Positions 18,015 to 27,457 of a stretch of 47,867 nucleotides of DNA are shown here, in pieces; positions within the stretch are counted from its first letter, which is position 1, and each line of letters starts with the position of its first letter. Source of the stretch: Anaerolineae bacterium (GTDB taxonomy: Bacteria > Chloroflexota > Anaerolineae > JACIWP01); assembly GCA_028275445.1 (NCBI GenBank), contig JAPWUQ010000002.1, positions 1-47,867 of the forward strand. Reading direction: 5' to 3'. A program made the position numbers and the translations under genes. The notes below the pieces were generated by a model. The model was not told the DNA's origin and did not search any database. It saw only the letters and a list, made by a program, of their open reading frames with translations.

Positions 18015-18488
18015 TCAATCCCTGGACAGCTCGGCCAGGATAGCGTCCAGCCGCTCCTCGGTGAGGTTCTCGTAATAAGTGTCATCCACCTGCATCATCG
18101 GCGCCGTGCCGCACGATCCCAGGCATTCCACAGTCAGCAGGGTGAATCGGCCGTCGGGCGTGGTTTCCCCCACCTCGATGCCCAGCTTCTTCCGCAGGAC
18201 ATTCACGATATGCTCCGCACCCATCAGGGAGCAGGAGATGTTGGTGCAGACCTGAATGACATGCTTGCCGACCGGCCGGCGGTACAGCATGGTGTAGAAG
18301 CTGGCGACCGAGGCCACTTCCACGGGGGGCAGGTCCATCAGGACGGCCACTTCCCGCAGGACCTGGGGGGACAGGTAGCCGGCCTCGCGCTGGGCGATGT
18401 CCAGCGCCGGCAACAGCGCCGAACGCGCTTGTGGGTACCGCTGCATCAACTGGCGAATCTGCGCTCTCGCTGTCTCTGACAGGATCAA
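18015..18488 (-). CDS. nuoE: NADH-quinone oxidoreductase subunit E (2Fe-2S)
   Basis: VCTNISCSL and ECLGSCGTAP cysteine motifs are present. TTG start at 18488 with GGGAGGAAAG 2 nt upstream (GGAGG core about 6 nt upstream). Confidence 0.88.
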   Translation of the reverse strand: MILSETARAQIRQLMQRYPQARSALLPALDIAQREAGYLSPQVLREVAVLMDLPPVEVASVASFYTMLYRRPVGKHVIQVCTNISCSLMGAEHIVNVLRKKLGIEVGETTPDGRFTLLTVECLGSCGTAPMMQVDDTYYENLTEERLDAILAELSRD

Positions 18489-18508
18489 GGCTTTCCTCCC
18501 GCCCGCGT

Positions 18509-20254
18509 CTAGCGGTCGACCTCTCCCATGGTGATATCAACGGATCCGATGATGGCCACCATATCGGCCAGCCAGGCACCCTCCGCCATAATGGGCGAGG
18601 CGGCGATGTTGGAGAAGGAGGGGCCGCGGATCTTCAAGCGATAGGGCTTGGGGCCGCCGTCGGAGACCAGGTAAAAGCCCAGCTCGCCCTTGGGGGCCTC
18701 TACGGCGGCATAGACCTCGCCGGCCGGCACGTTGAACCCCTCCGTCACCAGCTTGAAGTGATGGATGAGCGCCTCCATGCTCGTCTCCAGTTCCGCTCGC
18801 GGCGGCAGGACCACCTTGCGCTCATCGGCTCTGACCGGGCCGGCCGGCAGTTTGGCCAGCGCCTGCTGGATAATGCGCACGCTCTGGCGCATCTCCGCCA
18901 CCCGCACCAGGTAGCGGGCATAGCAGTCCCCTTCCTTCTGCGTGGGGATATCGAACTCGAACTGGTCGTAGGCGGCATAGGGCGCGTACTTGCGGACGTC
19001 GTAGGCCAGCCCACTGCCGCGCAGGCACGGTCCGGTCACCCCCATGGCGATGGCCTTGTCGAGCGGCAGGTACCCGATGCCCTTGGTGCGGGAGAGCCAG
19101 ATGGGGTTGTTCGTCAGCATGGTCTCCCATTCGTCCAGCGCCTTGACGAAGCCTTCCAGGAAGGAGCGCACCGCCGGCACGAAGCCCTCGGGCACATCCC
19201 AGCGCACCCCGCCCACGCAGAAATAGGTGGGGGTGAGGCGGGCGCCGGCGACCATCTCAAAGATGTTCAGGATGTACTCGCGCTGCTGGAAGGCGTACAG
19301 GAGCAGGGCATGGATCGTCCCCGAGAGGTCCAGACAACTGGTGCCGATCCAGATGCAGTGCGCCGCCAGACGCTGTAGCTCACACAAGATCACCCGCAGG
19401 ACCTGGGCGCGCGGCGGCGGCTCGATATCGAGCAGTTTCTCAATGGCCAGGATCAGCCCCAGGTTGTTGTTCATGGCCGAGACATAGTCCATGCGGTCGG
19501 TATAGGGGATGGCCTGCATGTAGGTCTTGTACTCGACCGTCTTCTCAATGCCGGAGTGCAGGTGCCCGGGGTCCGGCCAGCAGCGCACGATTTTCTCGCC
19601 GTCGAGCTGGAGCACGAAGCGCATGACGCCGTGCGTGGCGGGGTGTTGGGGGCCGAAGTTGACCACCAGCATGCCAGGGTCATCCACCCAGCCCGGCGGC
19701 AGAAGGGGCGGGGTCGAGGGAGCATCCATCACCTGGGTGCCCAGGCCGGCCAGCGCCGGGTCGTCGGCGTTCTCCGAAAAGGCCACCGGTTCCCCACCCA
19801 GGGGATAATCCTTGCGCAGTGGATGCCCCTTCCAATCGTCCGGGAGCATGATGCGGCAAAGGGAGGGATGGCCGTCGAAAATGATGCCCATCAGGTCGTA
19901 GGTCTCGCGCTCGTGCCAATCGGCGCCCGGCCAGATGGAGGTGACGCTGGGGCAATGCGGTGGGTCGCCTTCCAGCGGGACCTTGAGCATAATGCGCCGG
20001 CGGTGGGTCAGCGAGTACAGGTTGTATATCGTGGCGAAGCGGGGCTGAATCCCCAGATGGAGCCGGTCCACCGCCGTGACGAAGGACAGCAGGTCATACC
20101 GCAGGTCAGGATCATCCCGCAGAAAGCGGCAGATGTCCAGCAGACGGTCCACTGCCACCGTGATGGTGACATCGCCCTTGCAGTCCACGGCATCCAAGAC
20201 GGCCCCGGGGAACTGCGCCTGCAGTTTGTCGAGAGTCAGGTTCCCTTCGATCAT
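18509..20254 (-). CDS. nuoC: Fused NADH-quinone oxidoreductase subunit C/D
   Basis: A single ORF has a NuoC/30-kDa-like N-terminal half (...WHERETYDLMGIIFDGHP...) and a NuoD/49-kDa-like C-terminal half (FGPQHPATHGV...IAASPIMAEG...SVDITMGEVDR). ATG 20254 has AAGGA 6 nt upstream. Confidence 0.9.
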   Translation of the reverse strand: MIEGNLTLDKLQAQFPGAVLDAVDCKGDVTITVAVDRLLDICRFLRDDPDLRYDLLSFVTAVDRLHLGIQPRFATIYNLYSLTHRRRIMLKVPLEGDPPHCPSVTSIWPGADWHERETYDLMGIIFDGHPSLCRIMLPDDWKGHPLRKDYPLGGEPVAFSENADDPALAGLGTQVMDAPSTPPLLPPGWVDDPGMLVVNFGPQHPATHGVMRFVLQLDGEKIVRCWPDPGHLHSGIEKTVEYKTYMQAIPYTDRMDYVSAMNNNLGLILAIEKLLDIEPPPRAQVLRVILCELQRLAAHCIWIGTSCLDLSGTIHALLLYAFQQREYILNIFEMVAGARLTPTYFCVGGVRWDVPEGFVPAVRSFLEGFVKALDEWETMLTNNPIWLSRTKGIGYLPLDKAIAMGVTGPCLRGSGLAYDVRKYAPYAAYDQFEFDIPTQKEGDCYARYLVRVAEMRQSVRIIQQALAKLPAGPVRADERKVVLPPRAELETSMEALIHHFKLVTEGFNVPAGEVYAAVEAPKGELGFYLVSDGGPKPYRLKIRGPSFSNIAASPIMAEGAWLADMVAIIGSVDITMGEVDR

Positions 20255-20316
20255 GCCCATTCCTTACCGACCGCTGTATTGGTGAGCGAACACGCGTGTC
20301 CAGCGACGAAAGCCGA

Positions 20317-20796
20317 TTATGCGTAATCCTTGAAGCGATCTTTCTCGATTTTCTTCTGGAGCAGGGTCAGGCCGTAGAGCAGGGCCTCGGGCCGCGGCGG
20401 ACAGCCGGGGATGTAGACGTCCACCGGGATGATTTTATCCACGCCCTGGATGACGGCGTAGTTGTTGAACATGCCGCCACTGCTGGCGCAGGCGCCCATG
20501 GCGATGACCCATTTGGGTTCGGCCAGGTGTTCGTAGAGGCGCTTGACCACCGGGGCCATTTTCTGGGAGACGCGGCCTGAGACGATGAGCAGATCGGGCT
20601 GGCGCGGGGAAGGGCGGAAGACCTCTGCGCCGAAGCGGCTGATGTCGAAGCGGGGGCCGCCGGCGGCCATCATCTCAATCGCACAGCAGGCCAGGCCGGC
20701 GGTCAGCGGCCAGACGGAGTACTTGCGCGCCCAGTTGACCAGCCATTCCAACGAGGTAGCAATGACCGTATCGCCGAGCTTCGTCTCTATTCCCAT
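20317..20796 (-). CDS. nuoB: NADH-quinone oxidoreductase subunit B (N2 cluster)
   Basis: [18 protein letters not shown] and PGCPPRPE motifs are present. It overlaps the nuoA stop by 10 nt. Confidence 0.93.
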   Translation of the reverse strand: MGIETKLGDTVIATSLEWLVNWARKYSVWPLTAGLACCAIEMMAAGGPRFDISRFGAEVFRPSPRQPDLLIVSGRVSQKMAPVVKRLYEHLAEPKWVIAMGACASSGGMFNNYAVIQGVDKIIPVDVYIPGCPPRPEALLYGLTLLQKKIEKDRFKDYA

Positions 20797-21146
20797 TCAA
20801 ACGCCCCCTTACGCCATACGTAGATATAGCCTACCAGGAGGATAAGGAGGAAGACGGCCATCTCTATCAGGCCGAAGAGCTTCAACTGCTTGAGCACCAC
20901 CGCCCAAGGGTACAGGAACAGCACCTCCACGTCGAAGAGGAGGAAAAGCATGGCGGTCACATAGTATTTGATGGAGATGCGCTTTTCCCAGGGGCTCCCG
21001 AAGGGGATTTTGCCGGCCTCATACGTGTACAGCTTGTTCTTCGCCGGCTTGCGGGGGCCGATGAACATCGGGACAATCAGGGCGATGGCGGCAAACCCTG
21101 TGGCGAAGATCACCAGAATGAGAATCGGCAGGTAGTCGATCGGCAT
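20787..21146 (-). CDS. nuoA: NADH-quinone oxidoreductase subunit A
   Basis: 119-aa ND3/NuoA-like protein (YECG..PFG.....[14 protein letters not shown]) and first gene of the cluster. AGGAG lies 7 nt upstream of ATG 21146. Confidence 0.9.
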   Translation of the reverse strand: MPIDYLPILILVIFATGFAAIALIVPMFIGPRKPAKNKLYTYEAGKIPFGSPWEKRISIKYYVTAMLFLLFDVEVLFLYPWAVVLKQLKLFGLIEMAVFLLILLVGYIYVWRKGAFEWE

Positions 21147-21215
21147 TACGACGCTCCTGAACGGAAATTCGCCGACAACGGGTATATTCGCTGTGGAAGC
21201 AAGCTAACAAATTCC

Positions 21216-21244
21216 ATTATACCGTCTCTGACAGTTCTTGTCAA
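21216..21244 (-). promoter_or_regulatory. Consensus sigma-70 promoter of the nuo operon
   Basis: The minus strand reads TTGACA (21244-21239), exactly 17 nt of spacer, then TATAAT (21221-21216). This is about 60-70 nt upstream of the nuoA ATG. Confidence 0.65.
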
Positions 21245-21303
21245 AACGAATCGGGAAAGCGCGCACATTCACAAACCAGGCTCTGGACAGGATGCCCGCA
21301 GGG

Positions 21304-22035
21304 TCACGCCGGCAGTAGCTTGTCCCCCACCAGGCTGGCCAGGAACTGCCGCACCTGGCCATCATCAAAGCGCACCACCACCCGCACATCCCCCTTTTCC
21401 GGCACCACCTCTTCCACCACACCATGCCCGAGGAAGGCGTGGTGCACCGACATGCCGGCCCGATACCGTTCCAGGGCCTCCGGCGCAGATGGGCGCGCCG
21501 GCTCCGCCGTGGAGGCGGCCAGCGCTCTGTACTGCCGGTCCTGCCACAGCTCGGCGAACATCTGCAGGTCCTCCGGGCGGGTCAGCCGGCGGGCGATCTC
21601 GTCACAGCGCCGGCGCGCCTCCGCGATGCGCGGCGCCAGCCCCTGCTTGTACTCCAGCGGCATATCGCTCTGCGCCAGGATGCGCGAGGTGCGGCTGAGC
21701 GCGGCGCGCAGATAACCGATCTGCTGGCGCGGGTCGGGGTGCTCCGGGTCAATGCGCACCAGCGTGACACCCTGCCGCCGGCACAGCCACTCGCGCACCG
21801 CGTCGCGGTTCTCCTCTTCCTCCACCTCCTCGTCGCTGATGCGCCGGCTCTGGGTGCGCATGCCCCCCACGAAGCGCAGGGCGATGCCCAGCTCCGGATA
21901 ATAGCGGTCGAGCTTAAGCCGCCGGCCCGTATAGGGGTTCTGCATCCAGGCCGGCGCGAAATCCTCCCGCACCTCAAAGCCCTCGAATACCCGGCTGATG
22001 ATCTCCAACCATGCGCTGAACGCGGACCACTTCAT
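21304..22035 (-). CDS. Hypothetical protein (degenerate DUF559-like N-terminal region; DUF3553/UvrD-C-terminal-like tail)
   Basis: ATG 22035 has GAGGAG upstream and lies 27 nt downstream of the giant GT-C gene. The N-terminus LKLDRYYPELGIALRFVGG resembles the DUF559/Vsr-like core but lacks its acidic residues. The C-terminus GMSVHHAFLGHGVVEEVVPEKGDVRVVVRFDDGQVRQFLASLVGDKLL resembles the small beta domain at the C-termini of PcrA/UvrD (DUF3553). Confidence 0.6.
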   Translation of the reverse strand: MKWSAFSAWLEIISRVFEGFEVREDFAPAWMQNPYTGRRLKLDRYYPELGIALRFVGGMRTQSRRISDEEVEEEENRDAVREWLCRRQGVTLVRIDPEHPDPRQQIGYLRAALSRTSRILAQSDMPLEYKQGLAPRIAEARRRCDEIARRLTRPEDLQMFAELWQDRQYRALAASTAEPARPSAPEALERYRAGMSVHHAFLGHGVVEEVVPEKGDVRVVVRFDDGQVRQFLASLVGDKLLPA

Positions 22036-22062
22036 CGTCCTCTCCTCGGTACTGCGGTAGTC

Positions 22063-25000
22063 CTACTGTCCTGCCTGTCCCAATGCCCTCAGCCGTTCCG
22101 CAGCGCGCGCTCCCCAGTCGCTCTGCGGGGCCAGCTCTACCAGCCGGCGGTAAAGCTCGCCGGCCTCGTCCCGGCGTCCCATCTCCTCCAGCACTTCCCC
22201 CAGATGATAATAGGCCTCGGCAAATTCCGGCGCCACAGCAATGGCCTGGCGGAAGGCCGCCTCCGCTTCGGGGAGTCGTCCCCGATCGCGCAGGGCCATA
22301 CCCAGCTTATTGTAGGCCGCCGGGTTCTGCGGCGCGGCGTTCACCGCGGCCTGATACTGCTGGAGGGCATCGTCCGGCCGGCCCATCTCCTGGTACGTGT
22401 CTCCAAGGGTGTGGTACATCGCCACATCCTCGGGATGATGCTGGAGCGAGCGGCGGAAAACCTCCACCGCCTCCTCATACCGGCCGAGCTGGCGCAGGCG
22501 GTTGCCCAGCTCGAACTGCAGGCCGGCGTCGGATGGGTTGGCGTCGGCCAGCCGGCGCAGGCGCTCCAACTCCGCCTCGACGCGCCGCGCTTCTTGCTCG
22601 GGCGAGACCGTGGGCACGACCAGCGGGACGGCGGCCGGCGCGGCCGTCCCCAGTTCCTGCCGGCGCACGGCGTAAATCTGCACCTCGCCACTGTCATAGA
22701 CCAGGTCGAGCACGGAGCCGACCAGGCCGGCGAACTTGGCCAGCCCTGCCGCGGGATATACCGCCCGCTCAAAGGGGCCGACGTAAATGTACCCCACATG
22801 ATATTGGCGTAGCAGGGGCAGGACGGCGTTCGGGTCCAGCTCGCTGTAGATGCGGTGCACGTCCTGCTCTCGCTCTGGAATCAGCTCCGGGTAGCGCTGT
22901 TCGTTCTCATGCAGGGGATTGATGACCGTCGGGAAGCCCGTGTTCCAGGCAATGCGCACGCCGTTGGCGCGGTAAAACTCCCACGGTGCCTGCAGGATCA
23001 CCGGCGTGCCCTCGATATGTTCCTCCAGCCAGCGGATGGCATCATAGTCCGGCGCCATATAAATGGGATGCCCTTCCCAGACATACTCCGCCGTCCCCAT
23101 ATAGGCTTGGCCGTCCAGCGTGCCGATGGGCGGGGCAACGGGAAAGCGGTCATGCACCCGGGTATAGGATGCGAAGACCGGATAGACCAGGGAGAGCGCC
23201 AGGAGGATGCTGAAGCCGGCCCACCAGGCCCCCTGCAGGAGCGGCGCGCGGCCGGCCAGCCGGCGCACCACCATCGCCAGGACGCCGGCGCTCCCAAGCC
23301 CCATCAGGACCCAGGCCTGCATGTAAAACTTGAAGATGGTGTTCATGCGGTAGTAGGTGCCGCCCAGGTGATCGCGCACATAGACGATCTCCACCCCCAG
23401 GCATACCAGCAGGCCCATCAGCATCAGCAGTGCCGACAGCCGCTCCTCGATGGGCAGATCGTACCGCGTCACCAGCCACAGCGCCCCCAGCACCAGCTCG
23501 CCGATGATGATAAACGTGAGGATTTGTAAGCCGTTGAGCCGGCCATACATCAGCGGGAGCAGGGCGGCGGAGACCACCGGCACCGCCAGCCCTGCCGCCC
23601 ACCAAGCGGAGAAGCGGAACGCCGGCGGGCGAGCCTCGGTCTCCGGCATTTCTGCCAGGCCCTGGCTGGCCGGCGCCAGCCGGCCGTCCGAGACCGCCTC
23701 GTAGAACTCGTCCAGCTCTTCCTCCAGGTACAGCGCCCCGTGGCCGATGACGCTCTCCGCCGGCAGGGCTGGTACAGCGCGTCTTCGGCTCTCTGCCTGC
23801 CACCAGCGCCAGAGCCGCGCCAATGCCATGCCGGCCGTCAGCCCCGCCAGCGGATACAGGAAGAACCCGAACATGCCCAGGTAATAATTGGCCTCGGTGG
23901 GGTACGTGACCTGTCCCAGGCCGTGCACGAAGGCCTGGAAATAGGTGAAGAAGGGCGCGTACAGAGCCAGCCCCGCTGCCCCCAGCAGGCCGGCACCCAA
24001 CCCGGCGGCGAGAACGGCCTCGGGGAGGCGCCGGCCGGCGAAGCGCGCATCGGCGGCCCAGTGCGCCAGGAGCAGGGCGCCGGCGGTCAGCATCAGGTAG
24101 ACCGGGAAATCCCACATATTGTTGACCGCCATAGTGCCCAGCACCCAGGCCGTGACCGGCAGGGCCAGGACCAACGGCAGATCCCCCGTCACCTCCCCCT
24201 TCTTGACCGAGCGCACCAGGCTCACCAGCAGGGCGATCAGCAGGATGGCAAAGGGCAGGCTGATGACATGCGGATGCAGGTCCGCGAACAAGAAGCTGAA
24301 GAAGGGGAACTCGGTGATGGTGTTCTCATAGGCGCCGTGGGCGCGCGAGGCATCCCAGAACCAGTCGGTGCGCAGGGGCAAGGGAGCGCCGGCGATCCAG
24401 CGCGCTAACCCCTGCAGGATGCCGGCCGGGCTTCCCTGCAAATGCCCATCCGCCAGGCTCCGCAGGGCCTGCGCGACCTCCGGCAGTCCGCCGTAGCCGC
24501 GGATGGGGAAGGCGCCGGCCAGGTTGCCGATGAGCGCGACAAAACCGGCCGCGGCCGCCCCGAAGCGCCGCCGGCCCGTCAGTGTCCATCCCAGCACGAA
24601 GGCCCCGCTCGTCGTCAGGCCGGCCAGGGTGGGGATGAGCAGGTTGAAACCGATGGAGGGGCGCACGCCGGCCAGTTTGATCAGCGTCGAGACGGCGAAC
24701 AGGCCGTAATAGTAATAGTTGATATAGCCGTCGGAGAAGAAGGGGTCGTACGGCGGCATCCAGGCACTGCGCAGGATAGCATTCAAGAAGCCGAACTCCA
24801 TCGGCTTTTCGCCGCCGCGCAGGGGATGCCACAGGTCAGGATTAAGCAGGCGCAGGAGCAGGAACACGCCGAAGCCGGCCAGGAAGGCCGCCTCGCTGAA
24901 CAGGACCTCCCGCCGGTGCCGGCGCCATAGTTCCCGCACCTCCAGCCGGCGCCAGCGGAGCAACAGCCATCCGATGGCGAACAGCAGGGCGAGCGAGAAC

Positions 25001-27264
25001 CAGGCCGCGCCGGCCGTGTACTTCCACAGCCGCAGGCTGGCGACCAGCCAGCAGAAGTAGGCCACTGCCAGCAGGCCCAGGCCCCGCGCCAGGCCGTACC
25101 CGCGCCCGGGCATATCCGGGAAGAGCAGGGCCGCCAGCGGCCAGCCGGCCAGCCCCACCAGCATCAGCACCACCAGCCAGACCAGCACCGCCGGCAGGGT
25201 GCCGGCATTGGCCAGCGGGTTCCACGCCCAATCGTGCACCGCCGGCAGTTCATCCACCGGCCGGTCCAGCATCAGGGATTTGCGGTAGGCCGGCACCGGC
25301 AGTTCGGCCGGCGGCTCCTTCACGTCCCGCCGCACCAACGGGGTGGATTGGAGCGCGTCGGCGAAGAGGGAGCGGAACTCCTCCTCGCTCAGGTCGCGCA
25401 CCTTGCGAAAGATAAGCACCTTGGGATGGTCGTACACGCTGAAGCTCTCGTCGGCGGCGTCATCGGGGAACTCTTTCCCCCACAGCCGCGGGTAGGAGGT
25501 CGCGGAATAGGCCAGCTCGAACCCCAGCCGGCCCTGGAACAGCAGTTCGTAATAGCGGATCTCCACCGGATAGCGCCAGGGGAGCCGGCGGATGGAGCCG
25601 TACAGCCGCGGCGTCGTCAGCACCACATAGTCCACCTGGTGGAGCACGCCGGCGATGTGCTGGAGCTTCTCCTCCGGCGGCATGTCGTGGTACATGTCCA
25701 TCGCCACATGGCGGTAGCCGTGCTGGCCGGGGCTTTCCCCCTCCGCCGGCAGGCTCACCGGCAGGGAATCATCCCAGATTTCCTCGCTGAGCGCCGCGCC
25801 GTCCGGGACATTGGCGTATATCCAGCGGGAGGCCTGGTACCAGGTATGGGGACGGGCATACACCTGCATAAAGGCCAGCGCCCAGAGCAGGGTGGGCACC
25901 AGCACCAGGGCGATGACCAGTCCGCCGGCGACGGCATGCCAGCGCCGGCCCTCCAGCGCCCATTCGGCCCCCAGGCGGGGCAAATGGGCGCGGCCCCAGG
26001 CCGTTGCCGGCAGGCGTTCAGCGAGGCGGCCGGCCGCGTCCGCCAGCCTCACCATCAGCCAGGCCGCCAGCAGGCAGAGGAACGGCACCAGCGGCACCAT
26101 GTAGCGCACGAACTTGACCTCATAGCCGCCCACCTGGAAGAAATAGGGCAGTGCCCAGGCCAGCACCAGGAACAGCCCCCAGCGCGCCGGCTCCCTCGTC
26201 ACCGCCTGCACCCTCTCCCAGGTGCCGCCCCTCTCGCCTGCCGGCCGGCGGATCACCGCCCACATCAGATAGATCAGTGCGACCAGCACGCCGGCCAGGC
26301 CGGCGATGCCCAATGCCCATCCCAGCCCCCAGCGCAGGAGGTTGCTCAGGTGATAGACATAGGGAGCGGTGTTGACGTACTGGCGGGTGTAGGGCCAATC
26401 CACCTCGCCGCGCACCATCTCGGCCTGCCGGCCGATGGCTTCCAGGTAGGTGCCTGGGTCCAGCAGGGCATAGAACTCAAAGGTGCCGAAGGCCAGCACC
26501 ACGCCCAGGCCGGCCAGCGCCATATAGCCGGCCGCCCTGGCCAGGCGCCGGCCGAGCCGCTCTTCGCCCGGCCGCAGGAGGACCAGCAGGCCAGCGGCAA
26601 GGATGACCGCCCCATAGGTGAAGCCGCTGACCTTGCAGGCGGCGGCGCACCCGACCATCAGCCCCATGAGCAGGGCGCGCCACCATCCGCCGCGCGCCAC
26701 AAGCCGCGCGCCGGCATAGACTGCCGCCGTCCCGAAGGCCGTCAGGGCGATGTCCACCGTCATAAAATGCGAGAGCTGGATATGGGTCACGCTGAGCGCC
26801 AGCAGGGCCGCACCGAGCAGACCCTCACGCCGGCCCCAGAAGGTGCGCCCCAGCAGGTAGACCAGCAGGACCGTGAGCAGGGAGAGCAGGGCGGTGGTGG
26901 TCCTGCCCACCACGAAGAACTGGCGGTACTCCCCCTGCCGGCCGGGGAATATCACGGTCAGGAAGCGGTAGAGGTAGACGGGCAGGGTGCCGTAGGCCAG
27001 GTCGTAATGGCCGCCGGCGGGGTCCTCGGGGTTGATGCGCCGCGGGTTCAGGGAGCTGTGATCCGGGTCCAGCAGGTTGCGCCAGTCCGGCGGCCAGGAG
27101 AGGGACACATGGGACATGGTATTGGCGAGATGACGCTCGTCGGGGTGGGGGAAGGCGTCCATCTCGCGGTCCCACTGCAGTTCGTAGAAGCGAAAGCCGG
27201 CGGCGGTCAGCAGTACCAGCACCAGAAGCAGAATGTGACCATAGCGGTGCATGTATCGCGTCAT
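22063..27264 (-). CDS. Giant polytopic membrane protein: GT-C (PMT_2/ArnT-like) glycosyltransferase + DUF2298 (chlor_Arch_YYY) + C-terminal TPR repeats
   Basis: ATG 27264 (MTRYMHRYGHILLLVLVLL) has GGAG 9 nt upstream; the 91-codon upstream extension in the track is Pro/Arg/Ser-rich and overlaps the promoter. The N-terminal roughly 650 aa are multi-TM with HPDERH in the first loop (GT-C style). The middle region has GGEKPMEFGFLNAILRS...PPYDPFFSDGYINYYYYG, the DUF2298/YYY signature. The last roughly 220 aa hold about 6 TPR units (LGNRLRQLGRYEEAVEVFRRSLQHHPED... etc). Confidence 0.85.
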   Translation of the reverse strand: MTRYMHRYGHILLLVLVLLTAAGFRFYELQWDREMDAFPHPDERHLANTMSHVSLSWPPDWRNLLDPDHSSLNPRRINPEDPAGGHYDLAYGTLPVYLYRFLTVIFPGRQGEYRQFFVVGRTTTALLSLLTVLLVYLLGRTFWGRREGLLGAALLALSVTHIQLSHFMTVDIALTAFGTAAVYAGARLVARGGWWRALLMGLMVGCAAACKVSGFTYGAVILAAGLLVLLRPGEERLGRRLARAAGYMALAGLGVVLAFGTFEFYALLDPGTYLEAIGRQAEMVRGEVDWPYTRQYVNTAPYVYHLSNLLRWGLGWALGIAGLAGVLVALIYLMWAVIRRPAGERGGTWERVQAVTREPARWGLFLVLAWALPYFFQVGGYEVKFVRYMVPLVPFLCLLAAWLMVRLADAAGRLAERLPATAWGRAHLPRLGAEWALEGRRWHAVAGGLVIALVLVPTLLWALAFMQVYARPHTWYQASRWIYANVPDGAALSEEIWDDSLPVSLPAEGESPGQHGYRHVAMDMYHDMPPEEKLQHIAGVLHQVDYVVLTTPRLYGSIRRLPWRYPVEIRYYELLFQGRLGFELAYSATSYPRLWGKEFPDDAADESFSVYDHPKVLIFRKVRDLSEEEFRSLFADALQSTPLVRRDVKEPPAELPVPAYRKSLMLDRPVDELPAVHDWAWNPLANAGTLPAVLVWLVVLMLVGLAGWPLAALLFPDMPGRGYGLARGLGLLAVAYFCWLVASLRLWKYTAGAAWFSLALLFAIGWLLLRWRRLEVRELWRRHRREVLFSEAAFLAGFGVFLLLRLLNPDLWHPLRGGEKPMEFGFLNAILRSAWMPPYDPFFSDGYINYYYYGLFAVSTLIKLAGVRPSIGFNLLIPTLAGLTTSGAFVLGWTLTGRRRFGAAAAGFVALIGNLAGAFPIRGYGGLPEVAQALRSLADGHLQGSPAGILQGLARWIAGAPLPLRTDWFWDASRAHGAYENTITEFPFFSFLFADLHPHVISLPFAILLIALLVSLVRSVKKGEVTGDLPLVLALPVTAWVLGTMAVNNMWDFPVYLMLTAGALLLAHWAADARFAGRRLPEAVLAAGLGAGLLGAAGLALYAPFFTYFQAFVHGLGQVTYPTEANYYLGMFGFFLYPLAGLTAGMALARLWRWWQAESRRRAVPALPAESVIGHGALYLEEELDEFYEAVSDGRLAPASQGLAEMPETEARPPAFRFSAWWAAGLAVPVVSAALLPLMYGRLNGLQILTFIIIGELVLGALWLVTRYDLPIEERLSALLMLMGLLVCLGVEIVYVRDHLGGTYYRMNTIFKFYMQAWVLMGLGSAGVLAMVVRRLAGRAPLLQGAWWAGFSILLALSLVYPVFASYTRVHDRFPVAPPIGTLDGQAYMGTAEYVWEGHPIYMAPDYDAIRWLEEHIEGTPVILQAPWEFYRANGVRIAWNTGFPTVINPLHENEQRYPELIPEREQDVHRIYSELDPNAVLPLLRQYHVGYIYVGPFERAVYPAAGLAKFAGLVGSVLDLVYDSGEVQIYAVRRQELGTAAPAAVPLVVPTVSPEQEARRVEAELERLRRLADANPSDAGLQFELGNRLRQLGRYEEAVEVFRRSLQHHPEDVAMYHTLGDTYQEMGRPDDALQQYQAAVNAAPQNPAAYNKLGMALRDRGRLPEAEAAFRQAIAVAPEFAEAYYHLGEVLEEMGRRDEAGELYRRLVELAPQSDWGARAAERLRALGQAGQ

Positions 27265-27328
27265 GCCAGGGTTCTCCGTGCAGACAGCGTTTCGCCGGCG
27301 GGCCGTATCCGGGCCGGCCGTCCTGCGT

Positions 27329-27357
27329 ATTGTAGATGATGGAGGGGAGCGGGTCAA
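27329..27357 (-). promoter_or_regulatory. Sigma-70-type promoter for the GT-C/DUF2298 gene
   Basis: The minus strand reads TTGACC (27357-27352), a 17-nt spacer, then TACAAT (27334-27329). Confidence 0.5.
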
Positions 27358-27392
27358 ATCCGCCGGCGGAGGACGGCCCGGCACGGCGCAAT

Positions 27393-27421
27393 TTGCCCCA
27401 CTGCCCCTGCCGTGCGATAAT
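27393..27421 (+). promoter_or_regulatory. Candidate promoter for the LuxR-Kelch gene
   Basis: TTGCCC (27393-27398), a 17-nt spacer, then GATAAT (27416-27421) preceded by TGC (extended -10 like). This is about 37 nt upstream of ATG 27458. Confidence 0.4.
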
Positions 27422-27457
27422 GCAGGGCAGGTACACCGCAGAACAAGCAGGGATGGT

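Noticed and set aside
25234-27339. 701-aa + strand ORF antisense to the GT-C/DUF2298 gene
   Set aside because: It is low-complexity (Gly/His/Gln/Arg/Pro). The opposite frame encodes coherent TM helices and the YYY signature.
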